A stretch of 64,000 nucleotides of DNA from Octopus vulgaris (Eukaryota). The position numbers and the translations under genes were made by a program. The notes below the pieces were generated by a model. The model ran no database searches. It worked only from the letters and a program-made list of their open reading frames with translations, and had not been told where the DNA came from. The stretch covers positions 11,532,001 through 11,596,000 of the forward strand of contig OX597835.1 of assembly GCA_951406725.2 (NCBI GenBank). Direction: 5' to 3'. The number at the start of each line of letters is the position of its first letter. The stretch's first letter is position 1. This document shows positions 1 to 13,259 of the stretch, in pieces.

Positions 1-105
1 TTGTTGAGTCTAAAATGAAATTATTCCTGTTTCTTTTAAATGCAATTTTGAATATAATTGGCGTAACGTCTCTTTCATCGTTGCGTTTGTCATCGCCATT
101 GCTGC

Positions 106-143
<38 letters not shown>

Positions 144-562
144 TTGCTGCTATTGTTGTTGCTGCTGCTGCTGCTGTTGTTGTTGTTGTTGTTGTTCTTT
201 AGCACCAAAAGGTGAAACTGATTCACCCTGTTCAGTTTCGATTAATTTCATAAATATCTTCAAGAATATATGTTGTTGACAGAAACAATTTTTGACCGAT
301 GTTATCACTTTTACCATTTTGCTCAGACATACACACACACACACCCTACGTACACGCACTCATACACGCATACGCACACATACACACATGCGCGCGCATC
401 TTAACCGAATTTCTTTCTGATCTTGTGTCAAAATTTAAAATCAATGTACGCCCACATATACACACCCACATATGTATGTATATATATATATATATATGTA
501 TATATATACACACACACATATATATCTCTTATTATAATATACATATAAATGTGCATACATAC

Positions 563-604
<42 letters not shown>

Positions 605-606
605 TA

Positions 607-1193
607 TATAAAATCCGTTCTTTCTGTGTGTGTGTGTGTGTCTTCTAGGATCTCAGGCGTCTTCCACCCGATTGCGCTCAAATTTGATATGTAGATACCG
701 ACGGTATCAGGACGTGTATAAGTCTTGAAAAAATTACAAAAACCGATTCCAGGTGAGAATGCGATCAATAAAGCCGTGGGAACGTGCATTTGCACACGCA
801 AGTACATCAGCTGTTGCGATCGATACTACACATACGCGAGAACAATGCACGTGCAGTTTGCGCAAAAAAAGTCAAGGAGCAGGGGATGTTGTTTTTATTT
901 CCCGCATGTCATTGGTTCCCTCGGACTGTGTTTACCCGATGAAACGCGTTCAATTCCCTATTCGCCTGAGCTTAGCGATGACCATCAACAAAGAACAGGG
1001 GCAGTCATTGAAAGTCATGGGGTTGGACCCCAGCACTCCCTGCTTTTCGCACGGACAACTGTATGTGGGCTGTTCAAGGGTTGGCTGTTCGACAAACCTT
1101 TTCTACTATGCTCCAGACGGAGTAACAAGGAATGTGGTTTACAAGGCTGTGCTCCACAAGCTTTTCCATACCCTTGAACATCCCGTAAAGTAA
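607..1193 (+). mobile_element. Internally deleted Helitron remnant: 5' non-coding part joined to the PIF1-like helicase C-terminus
   Basis: ORF 753..1193 contains KRVQFPIRLSLAMTINKEQGQSL...FSHGQLYVGCSRV...TRNVVYKAVL, matching Helitron RepHel/PIF1 motifs V-VI (consensus RxQFP..LAFAMTINKSQGQSL, FSHGQLYVAxSRV, T.N.VY.EVL). Upstream 607-760 ((TG)n then ccgattgcgctcaaatttg) resembles non-autonomous Helitron 5' regions. No clear 3' hairpin-CTAG found. Confidence 0.85.
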
Positions 1194-1314
1194 GTAAGCT
1201 TAAAATTAGTTACTTAGTTCCCTAGGTTGTTGCTTTTTATCAAAAATTGCCCAATTTGATTTCCTACATGTTTTATCGGATAAACTTATTATTGTCCCAG
1301 GTACGGTCGCAGGT

Positions 1315-1635
1315 GAAGACGCGTCACAAAAGGTTAGGGTATTCGGCTCAAAATCTTAAGGTCGCGAGTTTGATAGCCGGCGGCGCGTGTATCCTTGAGC
1401 AAGACACTTTATTTCACTTTGCTGCAGTCCACTCAGTTGGCAAAAATGAGTTGTACCTGTAATTCAAACGGGTCAGCCTTGTCACATTCAATGTCATGCA
1501 GAATCTTCCTGAGAACTACGTTAAGGATACGTATATTTGTGGAGTGAGTCAACTAATTGTACATCAATTTCACATACAGGCTGTTCTGTTGAATCAGATC
1601 AACTGGAACACTCGTCATCTTATTCGACGGAATGA
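1315..1635 (+). mobile_element. Degenerate tRNA-headed SINE sharing its 3' half with SINE family B
   Basis: 3' part gagaactacgttaagg...gatcaactggaacactcgtc matches family B; the head is decayed. Confidence 0.6.
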
Positions 1636-1682
1636 TTGTTGTCGATTGCAAATCATACCTGAAATGTAGCCGTTTTCTTCTT

Positions 1683-2012
1683 TTTTTTTCTTTTTCCTTT
1701 TTGCTTCGGTAAAAGGTTTCAGGATTTGAACTTCGAATGTATAGAGCAGGAACAGATACCTATTTCTTTACTACCCACAAGGGGCTAAATAAAGAGAGGA
1801 CAAACAGATTAAATCGATTATATCGACCCCAGTGCGTAACTGGTACTTTTTTTTTCTTTTTCTTTTTTGCTTCGGTAAAAGGTTTCAGGATTTGAACTTC
1901 GAATGTATAGAGCAGGAACAGATACCTATTTCTTTACTACCCACAAGGGGCTAAATAAAGAGAGGACAAACAGATTAAATCGATTATATCGACCCCAGTG
2001 CGTAACTGGTAC
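1683..2012. repeat. Tandem duplication of about 165 bp covering a SINE A tail junction
   Basis: ttttgcttcggtaaaaggtttcagg...cgtaactggtactt is present twice, head to tail. Confidence 0.85.
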
Positions 2013-2140
2013 TTATTTAATCGACCCCGAAAGGATGAAAGGCAAAGTCGACCTCGGCGGAATTTGAACTCAGAACGTAACGGCAGACGAAATACCGGTA
2101 AGCATTTCGCCCGGCGTGCTAACGTTTCTGCCAGCTCGCC
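1927..2140 (-). mobile_element. SINE family A (tRNA-like head, Meta/MESC-like core)
   Basis: Minus strand reads ggcgagctggcagaaacgttagc (box A-like), gagttcaaattcc (box B), gaggtcgactttgcctttcatcctttcggggtcgat..aagtaccag (resembles the MetaSINE core from memory), tail ...aaagaaata. More than 10 copies in the window. Confidence 0.85.
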
Positions 2141-2779
2141 ATGTTGAACATCAAAGAGAAGGAAAAGTTTGAAGATTTAGACGAACGAAGAAATATGAAA
2201 TTAAGGACAAAAGAAGATAAGGAAATTGCAAAACCAGTTGAGGTTAAGAAAATGACAAATTGCTTCGAGTTATTTTGGTAAGTTCTTTAAGTTATAACTT
2301 AGAGTTCTCGTCAAGGTCGACTTTATCTTCTCTCCTCGATACCGTAAAGCATGTCGTTCGACGTTCTAACAATTCCATTCCGCTAAACTACTGCCCATGA
2401 CTGGAATTTGCTTAATCGACCCTGAAATAACGAATGGCAAAGTTGACCTCAAAAGGGTTTGAGCCCAGAGCTCAGAGAATCGAGAGAAATAATGTGAGGC
2501 GTCGTATCCAACACACTTGACGACTCTGCTAGTTCTTCATCTGTCTGTTGTATATACGTTTTCACTTCTTAAGTTTGACACGTCGTTGTAGCGATGATAC
2601 AAAACGGAGACGATGATTAAAGGAACCAAAAAAAAAAACGTCTGAGGCCTTACAATAAGAACTTTGCCCTCTCCCTCTTTCCACCACAACCACTGCCGTC
2701 ACCCCCACCACCATCGCCGCTGCTTTAACCACCACCACCACCACCACCACCAAGCCTTGGCCTTCTTCTCTTCGTTTTG

Positions 2780-2985
2780 TGTAAAGTTTTGTTTGACATG
2801 TGATTTGATGCCATTTCTATTATCAGTCGATGTAAATAGAGAAGGCTGGATGAATTTCATGTATTGGAATTTCATGTATTGGAAACATTCTTCTACCAAG
2901 ATTTATAAGTCTTCTTTGCTTTGTCGCTGTTTGGACTTTCACAACCAGAATGTCATCAGCATACAAAGCTGTATTCTAAAATAGT
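2780..2985 (-). pseudogene. Degenerate LINE reverse-transcriptase fragment (YADD motif)
   Basis: Minus strand ttgtatgctgatgacattctggtt translates to LYADDILV; frameshifted downstream. Confidence 0.55.
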
Positions 2986-3069
2986 CGGAGTTAATATTAT
3001 TACGTTGCAATTAACCAGTCGCGCGTAAAAATAGTAAGCACCACAATATGACAATGTTTTCATTCTGTA

Positions 3070-4130
3070 AGTGGCACCAACACTTCGTAAATACAAGAGG
3101 TGTCGCGTTCGGGACGGAAGCATGGACTTTCTCCTACAGACATATAAAGCATCTTGAAATCATTCACGTGTGCCGCCTGCGCAATATCTGCGACATAAAA
3201 TGGCAAGAGAAGATATCAAATGTTAAAGTTTATTAAAAGTGTGATATGTCTAGGATCGAAAGCATGGTGTTGAGAATTCGGTGCAGATGGGCGCGACATG
3301 TTCGAATGCGAGATGATCTCATTCCTAAAATTCTTTTGTACGGCCAGCAAGGAAAGGAAGGATACCACAGTAAAGGAAGACCTATTTCTTTACTACCCAC
3401 AAGGGGCTAAACAAGGACAGACAAAGGGATTAAGTCAATTATATCGACCCCAGTGCGTAACTGGTACTTATTTAATCGACCCTGAAAAGATGAAAGGCAA
3501 AGTCGACCTCGGCGGAATTTGAACTCAGAACGTAGCGGCAGGCGAAATACTTATTTCTTTACTACCCACAAGGGGCTAAACAAGGACAGACAAAGGGATT
3601 AAGTCGATTATATCGACCCCATGCGTAACTGGTACTTATTTAATCGACCCCGAAAGGATGAAAGGTAAAGTCGACCTCGGCGGAATTTGAACTCAGAACG
3701 TAGCGGCAGACGAAATACTTATTTCTTTACTACCCACAAGGGGCTAAACACTGAGGGGACAAACAAGGACAGACAAACGACTTAAGTCGATTATATCGAC
3801 CACAGTGCGTAACTGGTACTTAATTTGTCGACCCCGAAAGGATGAAAGGCAAAGTCGACCTCGGCGGAATTTGAACTCAGAACGTAACGGCGGACGAAAT
3901 ACGGCTACGCATTTCGCCCGGCGTATTAACGTTTCTGCCAGCTCGTCGGAAGACCCTCCTCCTTCAGTATAAGTTGAAAGAAGCACTAAAATTCCTTCAG
4001 CTTAATTTAACATCTTGGATAAGTAATGGCTTAGATCGATCTGAGTGGTGCAAAATATGTCATGATGCATCAAAACAATTTGAGCTGAAGAAACAGATCA
4101 ACTACAGAATTATATCCTACGATCAACAGG
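3070..4130 (+). pseudogene. RTE-clade LINE ORF C-terminal remnant interrupted by a SINE A array
   Basis: EAWTFSYRHIKHLEIIHVCRLRNICDIKWQEKISNVKV..RWARHVRMRDDLIPKILLYG, then KEALK..TSW...LDRSEW after 3950; typical RTE/BovB post-RT region with stops. Confidence 0.75.
3383..3947 (-). mobile_element. SINE family A, three head-to-tail units
   Basis: Three copies of core plus tail, each joined at aaagaaata|agtatttcg; the head is at 3900-3947. Confidence 0.9.
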
Positions 4131-4901
4131 TACATTTGTGCAATTCCTGGAAAGGAAAGCTTGATATTACTCAGAACGTATGATATAAGGAAGAACTAAA
4201 AGTCTGAAAATACGCACGGACATGTATGCCATCTTATGAAGATACTTTGTACCGGCAAAAGGTTAAATTTTGAAACCGTGAAAAGTAAATCCAAAACATC
4301 CCAAAGCTATAATATGAAATAACTTTTGAGGATAATGCTTAGTTCAAGAAGACATGTTGGTTTGTAACTGTATTGTAAGACCAAAGTGTATTGGTTAGTG
4401 CAAGGCCGATGGAATCAATCCTTAGCATTTGGTTGATATTTTATCGACTCTCGAAGAGAGAAGATAAAGTCGACCTTGATGAGAACTCTAAGTTATAACT
4501 TAAAGAACTTACCGAAATAACTCGAGGAAATTTGTCCTTTTCTTAACCCCAATTGGTTTTGCCACTTCTTTATCTTCTTTTATCCTTAATTTCATATTTC
4601 TTCGTTCGTCTAAATCTTCAAACTTTTCCTTCTCTTTGATGTCTTCGTCCGATTGTTTGATATCTGCTTTTCTTGCCAGCATGGATTTGTAGAGGATTTA
4701 TTGGAGCCAATACTCAATGGCGGTCGTAACGTCCACACCAGCTCTGTATCGATTTAGCGGTTATAATCATTCACAAACGTTTGTGTGTGTACATATACAT
4801 GCAAACAAACATACACACACACACATATAATATTTTTTAAAATAAGATAAAAAGGTGTAACATTGCCTGCAACATTTACACGCCACGTTCGCTGTAAGCT
4901 G

Positions 4902-4966
4902 CAGAGCTGTGTCACAGAGCTGTGCCACAGAGCTGTTCCACAGAGCTGTGCCCCAGAGCTGTGCTA
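4902..4966 (+). repeat. 13-bp minisatellite (cagagctgtgcca) x5
   Basis: Five adjacent units with 1-2 variant bases each. Confidence 0.9.
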
Positions 4967-5130
4967 ACCGTTACACCAAAGCGACGTACAACTTTACCCC
5001 GCTTGAATTAGAAGACCTGCGTGCAGTAACTATAAGGACATACTAGTGAGTAGTTACTCATCACTGCACTTGTTCTCATTTGTACTCACCATTAATAGAT
5101 GAAACTAGGATTAAGTAAAAACAATACTCA

Positions 5131-5313
5131 AGGTTGTGTGGTAAGAAGCTTGCTTCCCAACCATTTGGTTCGAGGTTCAGTTCCACTGTGTGGCACCTTG
5201 GGCAAGTGTATTTTTCTATAGCTTCGGGACGACCAAAGCCTTGTGGGTGGATTTGGTAGACGGAAACTGAAATAAGCTCGTCGTTTATGTACATGTGTGT
5301 GTATGTGTGTATA

Positions 5314-5390
<77 letters not shown>

Positions 5391-5662
5391 GTATACGTGT
5401 GTGAGTGTGTGAGTGAGTATGTTAGTGAATATGTGTGTGTACTTGTGCGTGTCTTTGTGTTTATCCTCGCCACTGTTTCACAACAGGTTTTTGGCGCATT
5501 TTCATCCCCGTAACTTAGCGGTTCGGCAAAGGAGATCGATAAAATACGTAACAGGCTTACATTAAGAGTAAGTACCGTGGTCAATCCATTCGACTAAATA
5601 TTCTTCAAAGCCGTGCTCCAGCATGACCGCAGTGTAATGATTGAAACGAGTAAAAAATAAAA
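5131..5662 (+). mobile_element. SINE family C (tRNA head, CORE-like ccttgggcaagt, internal (TA)n/(TG)n)
   Basis: Matches the intact copy at 43538-43965. Confidence 0.8.
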
Positions 5663-5699
5663 TACAGTACGTTAAAGTATCGACTTTATATGGAACATG

Positions 5700-6291
5700 A
5701 AGCACTCCGTCGGTTACGACGATGAGGGTTCCGGTTGATCCGAATCAACGGAACAGCCTGCTCGTGAAATTAACGTGTAAGTGGCTGAGCACTCCACAGA
5801 CACGTGTACCCTTAACGTAGTTCTCGGGGATATTCAGCGTGACACAGAGTGTGACAAGGGCGGCCCTTTGAAATACAGGTATAATAGAAACAGGAAGTAA
5901 GAGTGAGAGAAAGTTGTGGTGAAAGAGTACAGCAGGGATCACCACCATCCCCTGCCGGAGCCTCGTGGAGCTTTTAGGTGTTTTCGCTCAATAAACACTC
6001 ACAACGCCCGGTCTGGGAATCGAAACCGCGATCCTATGATATTCAGCGTGACACAGAGAGTGACAAGGCCGGCCCTTTGAAATACAGGTACCATAGAAAC
6101 AGGAAGTAAGAGTGAGAGAAAGTTGTGGTGAAAGAGTACAGCAGGGATCACCACCATCCCCTGCCGGAGCCTCGTGGAGCTTTTAGGTGTTTTCGCTCAA
6201 TAAACACTCACAACGCCCGGTCTGGGAATCGAAACCGCCATCCTACGACCGCGAGTCCGCTGCCCTAACCACTGCGCCATTGCACCTCCAC
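5700..6291 (-). mobile_element. SINE family B with an internal duplication of about 209 bp
   Basis: Minus-strand head ggaggtgcaatggcgcagtggttagggcagcggactcgcggtcgtagg..ggtttcgattccc (tRNA-like A/B boxes); body matches 25618-26005. Confidence 0.9.
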
Positions 6292-6840
6292 ATCGACTTT
6301 ATAATCACCATCTTGAATGGTGAATCTTTGGGGTTTTTTTTGTTCTTGTCTTCACTTTAAAGAAAAGCTTCCGGCTTTTCCTTAATCGTGACTTCTTTCT
6401 ATGAAAATATAATCAGTCTTCCCCCGCTCGTCTATTTACCCTGGAGGTGTGCACATCGGTTAAAATGCACCGATTGGATTGATTCACCGTCTTCGTTGTT
6501 GGCTGTGACAATTACCATGGACAGGAAGCAGGAATTTCAGTGAAGGTTATTCAATTAGTTTCCGGAAATATTTTTTTTTTTACAAACTCAATGGAATTTA
6601 AAAAAAGCAAAAGAAAAAGAAAGAAAAAAACAAACAAACAAAAAAATTGAAGAAAAAAATAAAAAATAAATGAGTGCAACGACATCGGAATTAGACTCGG
6701 ACTTTAATCTTTCTCGTAAATGATGATCGACTTAGCCTAGAAAAATAAACAACAACAACAATAACAACAGCAACAACAACGACTACGACAACAAGCAAAA
6801 AAAAAACCAAGGAATAAAAGAATACAGGTGCGTGTGTGTG

Positions 6841-6886
<46 letters not shown>

Positions 6887-6896
6887 GTATATATAA

Positions 6897-6981
<85 letters not shown>

Positions 6982-7095
6982 ATATACATATATATATATG
7001 ATATAAATATATAATGTATAATATATATATTATATATAGAATATATACATCTACACATACAAAGATACATACTTATATATACATATACCTCCTCC

Positions 7096-7133
<38 letters not shown>

Positions 7134-7200
7134 TCATACATATATATACATATATATGAAAGTGGAAACAGCAAGAGAGAGAGGTGGAGAGAGAATAGGA

Positions 7201-7392
7201 GAAAGAAGAAGAAGAAGAAGAAGAAGAAGAAGAAGGAGGAGAAGAAGGAGGAGAAGAAGAAGAAGAAGAAGAAGAAGAAGAAGAAGAAGAAGAAGAAGAA
7301 GAAGAAGAAGAAGAAGAAGAAGAAGAAGAAGAAGAAGAAGAAGAAGAAGAAGAAGAAGAAGAAGAAGAAGAAGAAGAAGAAGAAGAAGAAGA
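7201..7392 (+). repeat. (GAA)n trinucleotide microsatellite
   Basis: About 60 units with a few GGA variants. Confidence 0.95.
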
Positions 7393-7735
7393 GGAGTGAG
7401 ATGTGTATAAAGAAAGAAGAAAATTAAAGAAACACGAGAAAGAGATGAGAGAAAGGCCCGAGAAGGAATGAACAGACATAATGTTCAATTAGCGCTTTCA
7501 TCATAACATGAAATCATCCAATGAAAAAACCGCTAACTTCTAACACCATCAATTCCCGATCATTAGCGACCAGTTAGCGAACACTGGTCTGTATGAAGTT
7601 CGTTCATCTTGTACGAACAGTCTAACACTCGACATCACACATACGTCGCTGACAATTAGTTACAGCTATTATTTTTCATCTATCGACACTAACAAATTAA
7701 TGATTCGTCGTATTGGTACCAAATACTGGAAAGCG

Positions 7736-7785
<50 letters not shown>

Positions 7786-7834
7786 ACGCCGTAGAATGGA
7801 ACCGGGTATATTCTTTTCTTTTCTTTTTTTTTCT

Positions 7835-8242
7835 TCTTTTACTTGTTTCGGTCATTTGACTGCGGCCATGCTGGAGCACCAGCTTTAATCGAGCAACTCG
7901 AACAACCCCGGGACTTGTTCTTTTGTAAGCCCAGTACTTATTCTATCGGGTCTCTTTTGCCGAACCGCTAAGTAACGGGGGCATAAACACACTAGTATCG
8001 GTTGTCAAGCAATGCTAGTGGGACAAATACAGACACACAAACACACACACGCATACACGCACATACATATATATACATATATACGACAGGCTTCTTTCAG
8101 TTTCCGTCTACCAAATCCACTCACAAGGCTTTGGTCGGCCCGAGGCTATAGTAGAAGACACTTGCCAAAGGTGTCGTGCAGTGGGACTGAACCCGGAACC
8201 ATGTGGTTGGTAAACAAGCTACTTACCACACAGCCACTCCTG
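7835..8242 (-). mobile_element. SINE family C
   Basis: Full-length reverse copy; a second, older copy follows at about 8265-8580. Confidence 0.85.
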
Positions 8243-8601
8243 ATCTTTGACTTGTTTCTCTCGTTGGACTCAGTCCATGCTGGGGCACAGCCCTGAAGGA
8301 TTTTAGTCGAATGAATCGAATTCTTTTTAGCCTGGTACTTACTTCGTTGGACGCTTTTGCTGAACCGCTATGTAAACAAACCAAAGCTGGTTGTCACGCT
8401 GCGGTGGGGCACAAACACAAATCCACATAGAGGCATACTTACATAACATATATACATAACACACACACACACACACGTACGCACGAACACGAACACACAG
8501 ACACACACACACACGCACATATAGATAGACAGATGTGAGTGTGTATGGTTGACAGAAACTGAAAAAACCTGTCGTATATATACATATATATACATATATA
8601 T

Positions 8602-8778
8602 ATTTCCTCTGTCTTCCCTTCTCTCGATCTTTCCTTCTCTTATGTTTCCGACGAAGAGCTCCGATCGAAACGTTAAACCTTCCTTCTTTCCTTCTTTCCT
8701 GAGCGTCCAATAATACTATATTTGTTCCACGTCCTCGCGTTGTTGTGTTTTTTGTGCTTTCATGTTTGGATTAACTTT
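8602..8778 (+). mobile_element. Short hammerhead-bearing non-autonomous element, family H1, in (TA)n
   Basis: Homologous to 51488-51693 (+) and 54191-54394 (-); flanked by (TA)n. Confidence 0.8.
8644..8678 (+). ncRNA. Minimal type I hammerhead ribozyme (H1; CCGACGA core)
   Basis: GTTT-CCGACGA-A-GAGC tcc GATC-GAA-ACGT-T-AAAC: stem I GTTT/AAAC, palindromic stem III, one stem II mismatch in this copy. Confidence 0.7.
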
Positions 8779-8781
8779 ATA

Positions 8782-8812
<31 letters not shown>

Positions 8813-8826
8813 GTATATGTGCGTGT

Positions 8827-8957
8827 ATCTGTGGTATTGAGCAGAATTCTTTGCTGTAGCCCATCTTTATACCAAGACAAAACAATGTACATGATAACAT
8901 TTCCAATCAGTTAAGATCAGAAGCCATGAGAACCACTGCCTGGTACTGCATCAGGGC

Positions 8958-8961
<4 letters not shown>
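8827..8961. mobile_element. Partial copy of (TAA)n-embedded element E
   Basis: Near-identical to 32487-32620 and abuts (TTA)n. Confidence 0.85.
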
Positions 8962-9032
<71 letters not shown>

Positions 9033-9195
9033 CACATATATACCATTAAATACTATACTATAAAACGGATTTACGAATTCAATACCCACACATATCTTAC
9101 ATCTATTTTCTTTCCTCCACATCACTCTTTATTTATATCACATCGAAACTAACTATGACTTAATTTGACTATGACTTAATTTTTCCTCTCACACC

Positions 9196-9247
9196 GTCTC
9201 CGATGAAGGGATATTATTAATTAATATCCTAGAAACAGCTGTAAGAC
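9196..9247 (+). ncRNA. Type I hammerhead ribozyme (H3; CCGAUGA core) in an insert of about 280 bp (9040-9320) between microsatellites
   Basis: GTCT-CCGATGA-[AG GGATATTA ttaat TAATATCC TA]-GAA-ACAGCTGT-A-AGAC; GUA cleavage triplet. Confidence 0.8.
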
Positions 9248-9337
9248 CTTCTATCAATAAATGCTCTAATATCTATACCGCCTTGGGTTTTTTTTTTATC
9301 TCATTACGCAAAAAATTCTTATATATATATATATATA

Positions 9338-9529
9338 AGACGCCATGATAGATCGTTAGCTACTACACACATTTTTTTCTCTCCTTGTTTTTTTCTGTGT
9401 ACCTTTCTGTAGAAGAGCGTAGGCTCGAAACATAAAAGACTTTTTCTATTCCTGAGCGCTATACTAATACATCTGTTTGTTTGTACACCACCTGCCTTCG
9501 TCTTTTGTTTATTTTCGTAAACTTTCCCT

Positions 9530-9530
<1 letters not shown>
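9338..9530 (+). mobile_element. Short hammerhead-bearing element, family H2, in (TA)n
   Basis: Homologous to 51281-51478 (-). Motif at 9403-9438: CTTT-CTGTAGA-A-GAGC gtag GCTC-GAA-ACAT-A-AAAG. Confidence 0.75.
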
Positions 9531-9602
<72 letters not shown>

Positions 9603-9607
9603 TATAT

Positions 9608-9945
9608 TCGGTTAAGTAATTGAGATTCTAGTGAATTCTAAAGAATTCACTTGAATATGGTCCTTAACTAGGATGCACCGGAAATCTATATGGTGTTAAC
9701 CATACGACAAGTGGGGAAAATATTTTCCTATTTACAAATAGGAAAAAAGCAACAAGAATGGATTAAAATCTCGGTACGATCGTTTCGTACGAGGACATCT
9801 TTAATAAGCTACAAAAAATGCAGTGAATACAGATGGCTGACGAGTACGAGCCATCTGTATTCACTGCATTTTTGTAGCTTATTAAAGATGTCCTCGTACG
9901 AAACGATCGTACCGAGATTTTAATCCATTCTTGTTGCTTTTTTCC

Positions 9946-9948
<3 letters not shown>
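9608..9948. mobile_element. Penelope-type inverted pseudo-LTR pair with extension, in (TA)n
   Basis: Arms 9738-9838 and 9849-9948 are reverse complements (one indel); a unique extension lies at 9608-9737; (TA)n on both sides. Confidence 0.8.
9835..9913 (+). ncRNA. Type I hammerhead ribozyme (H4; canonical CUGACGA, long stem II)
   Basis: GG-CTGACGA-GTACGAG...CTCGTAC-GAA-ACGATCGT-A-CC; stem I shortened by the inversion junction. Confidence 0.8.
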
Positions 9949-9993
<45 letters not shown>

Positions 9994-10745
9994 TTTTACG
10001 CTGCTGTGCCTCTGGCGACCGCCACGGTCATGCCACGTTAACGAATGTGAGTCTTGTAGGAAGATACAATTGGAAATATCATTGGACAAAATACACAGCT
10101 GTGCTTCGAAGATTGAAGAGAAAGCGAATGACAGATTGATGGAATGGCAAGAATAGATGCAGAATAAATGGCTGAATAAGCAAATTAAAGCAAACAAAAA
10201 CTAAAAGTACAATAATATATAAAAGATAAAAAAGAATGAAAATTTTAAAAAATGTGAAAATAAACAATTTAGTGAAGGAAGGAGAGCTTAATATTAATGA
10301 GAAATTAATAGTTGAATGGGTTCTAATATACTTGATATAATGAGCAGAACATTTTTAATTAATTAAGTTCCTAGACATGGTGATTAAGAAATGCTGAATC
10401 TACACTCTCTCTTAAAGTAGATTGTCTCCATGAAGAAATAAATGTGGTTTATATTATGCAGCAGTAGCATTTGGCTAATAGAAGCTCAGGTGAGAATTAT
10501 CGGTGCAGTTTTAATAAACGGTTCTTTCTGTACAACTCTAAAAAAACAAAAAAAAAAAAACAAACAAGAAATAATGCAATGAGAATACAGCTTTTGTTTC
10601 TGAAGTACAATGTTAAATCATTAAATTGCACGTTCACAACGTACTGTTTCGAGGGGGGGAAAGCAAAAGATAAACGCAGTCGTACACACGCACATATACA
10701 CACGGATGTACTCACACACAGATGTACATACACATATACACATAC

Positions 10746-10796
<51 letters not shown>

Positions 10797-10845
10797 TATA
10801 TATACGTATCTGCATATACGCATATATATATATATATAAATATAT

Positions 10846-11365
<520 letters not shown>

Positions 11366-11489
11366 TATATGTCATGTGAAGGCGCATGGCTCATGGCTCA
11401 GTGCTTAGAGCGTCGTGCTTACGATCGTGATATCTTTTACCGAACTGCTAAGTTACGGGGGAAATAAACACCCAAACACCGGTATATAC

Positions 11490-11532
<43 letters not shown>

Positions 11533-11632
11533 TTATGTATATGAAGTACTCGTACACGAAGTACCGTTATTTGCTGGAAATAGCAGTCGATATACGGTGC
11601 TTTATTTTGCTGGTTAATAATATTATTGTATT

Positions 11633-11733
<101 letters not shown>

Positions 11734-12389
11734 AATAACTCAATTGTTAGTTCAGGAATAAAGTGTTAAATTTTAAAATGAATTTAAAAAGTTTACGTGA
11801 AAAATCGTTTTAACATAACGGGTGAGAAATGAGGAAAGGTGAAAAAGCAAAATATAAATATTTCTTGTAAAAGATACTAAGAAAATTTATTTTGGAATTT
11901 GTTAAGCTAAAAAAAAAAAAAACATCCTAAATAAACTAAGTTTTAATAATGCAGCGCAAGTAAAATTCTAATGAACTTGCCAAATAACTCGTCATTGAAC
12001 TACAGAGAATGTAATATGCACCGATATTGTCGTTTATCTCCTTAATTGAATATTCAAACATGTTAAGTCACATTAAGTCTACAGAGCAGTTGTATGATTA
12101 AATTAATATGATGTATACGTTATTTGACTATAATGTCATTATTGATTACATCAGATAAACAATACTGTCTTCTAATCTAGCGTTACAGAGTTCCATCTAC
12201 AAACATTATTGTTCGCAAAGGATTCGTTTTCATTGTTCGCAATTTGTTAGAATGGTAGATCCACTTGCATTTTTGCTTTCGTTTAAGGTTTCGCTTTTAA
12301 TTAGAAACGGAAGATCCACGACATTTACTGTTGGTTTGAATGTCAGAACGTTGCAGTGGCTGTTTAATAATACATTTAGGAAGGAATAC

Positions 12390-12773
12390 GGAGGCGCAAT
12401 GGCCCAGTGGTTAAGGCAGCGGACCCGCGGTCATAGGATCGCGGTTTCGATTCCCAGACCGGGCGTTTTGAGTGTTTATTGAGCGAAAACACCTAAAAGT
12501 TCCACGAGGCTCCGGCAGGGGACGGTGGTGATCCTTGCTGTACTCTTTCACCACAACTTTCTCTCACTCTTACTTCCTGTTTCTGTTGTACCTGTATTTC
12601 AAGGGGCCGGCCTTGTCACTCTCTGTGTCACGCTGAATATCCCCGAGAACTACGTTAAGGGTGCACGTGTCTGTGGAGTGCTCAGCCACTTACACGTTAA
12701 TTTTACGAGCAGGCTGTTCCGTTGATTCGCATCAACCGGAACCCTCATTGTCGTAACCGACGGAGGGCTTCCA
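12390..12773 (+). mobile_element. SINE family B, full length
   Basis: ggaggcgcaatggcccagtggttaaggcagcgg head ... cgtaaccgacggag tail. Confidence 0.9.
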
Positions 12774-13259
12774 TCCAGGAAGGAATGGAGTGTTTGGTTT
12801 TTCTTTGAGTTTCTTTGCTTTTCGTTAGGTTTGTTCGATTGTTCGTGTTGTAGAAGTTTATGCATTATTTTACTTAGCTACACGCGCGAGCGCACATACC
12901 CATAATATACGCACCGACCCCAGTTTTCAACTGGTACTTACTTAATCGATACTGAAGAGATTGAAGGACAAAATCAAACCAGGCGGCATTTGAACTCAGA
13001 ACGCTAAGTCGGAAAAAGTACTGCTTAGCATTTAGTTCGGTGCAGAAACTATTCTTCTAGCTCACCGCCATTATACAAACACTGATGAGGATTAATCAAA
13101 TCGGAAACCATCGGTGATATGACTGCATCTCGTTTGCCGTAGGGTGATTATCTCCCTTGTCAGTCGTTAGAAAAGTGCTCTCACGTGGCTAAGTGTTGCT
13201 TTGACTCTTATTTCTAGCAATGCTGGTGCTTAATAGCACCCTCCGTCAGTTTAAGGATG

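Noticed and set aside
5745-5948. Recurrent 67-aa ORF MVVIPAVLFHHNF... seen many times
   Set aside because: Chance frame within SINE family B, using a non-ATG start and variably broken between copies.
12390-12465. tRNA gene
   Set aside because: tRNA-like SINE head continuing into the SINE body; no proper acceptor stem or terminator.
13077-13121. CTGATGA...GAAACCATCGGT hammerhead-like motif
   Set aside because: Base of stem II is G.G, the cleavage-site base is G and no stem I forms; at best a decayed copy.
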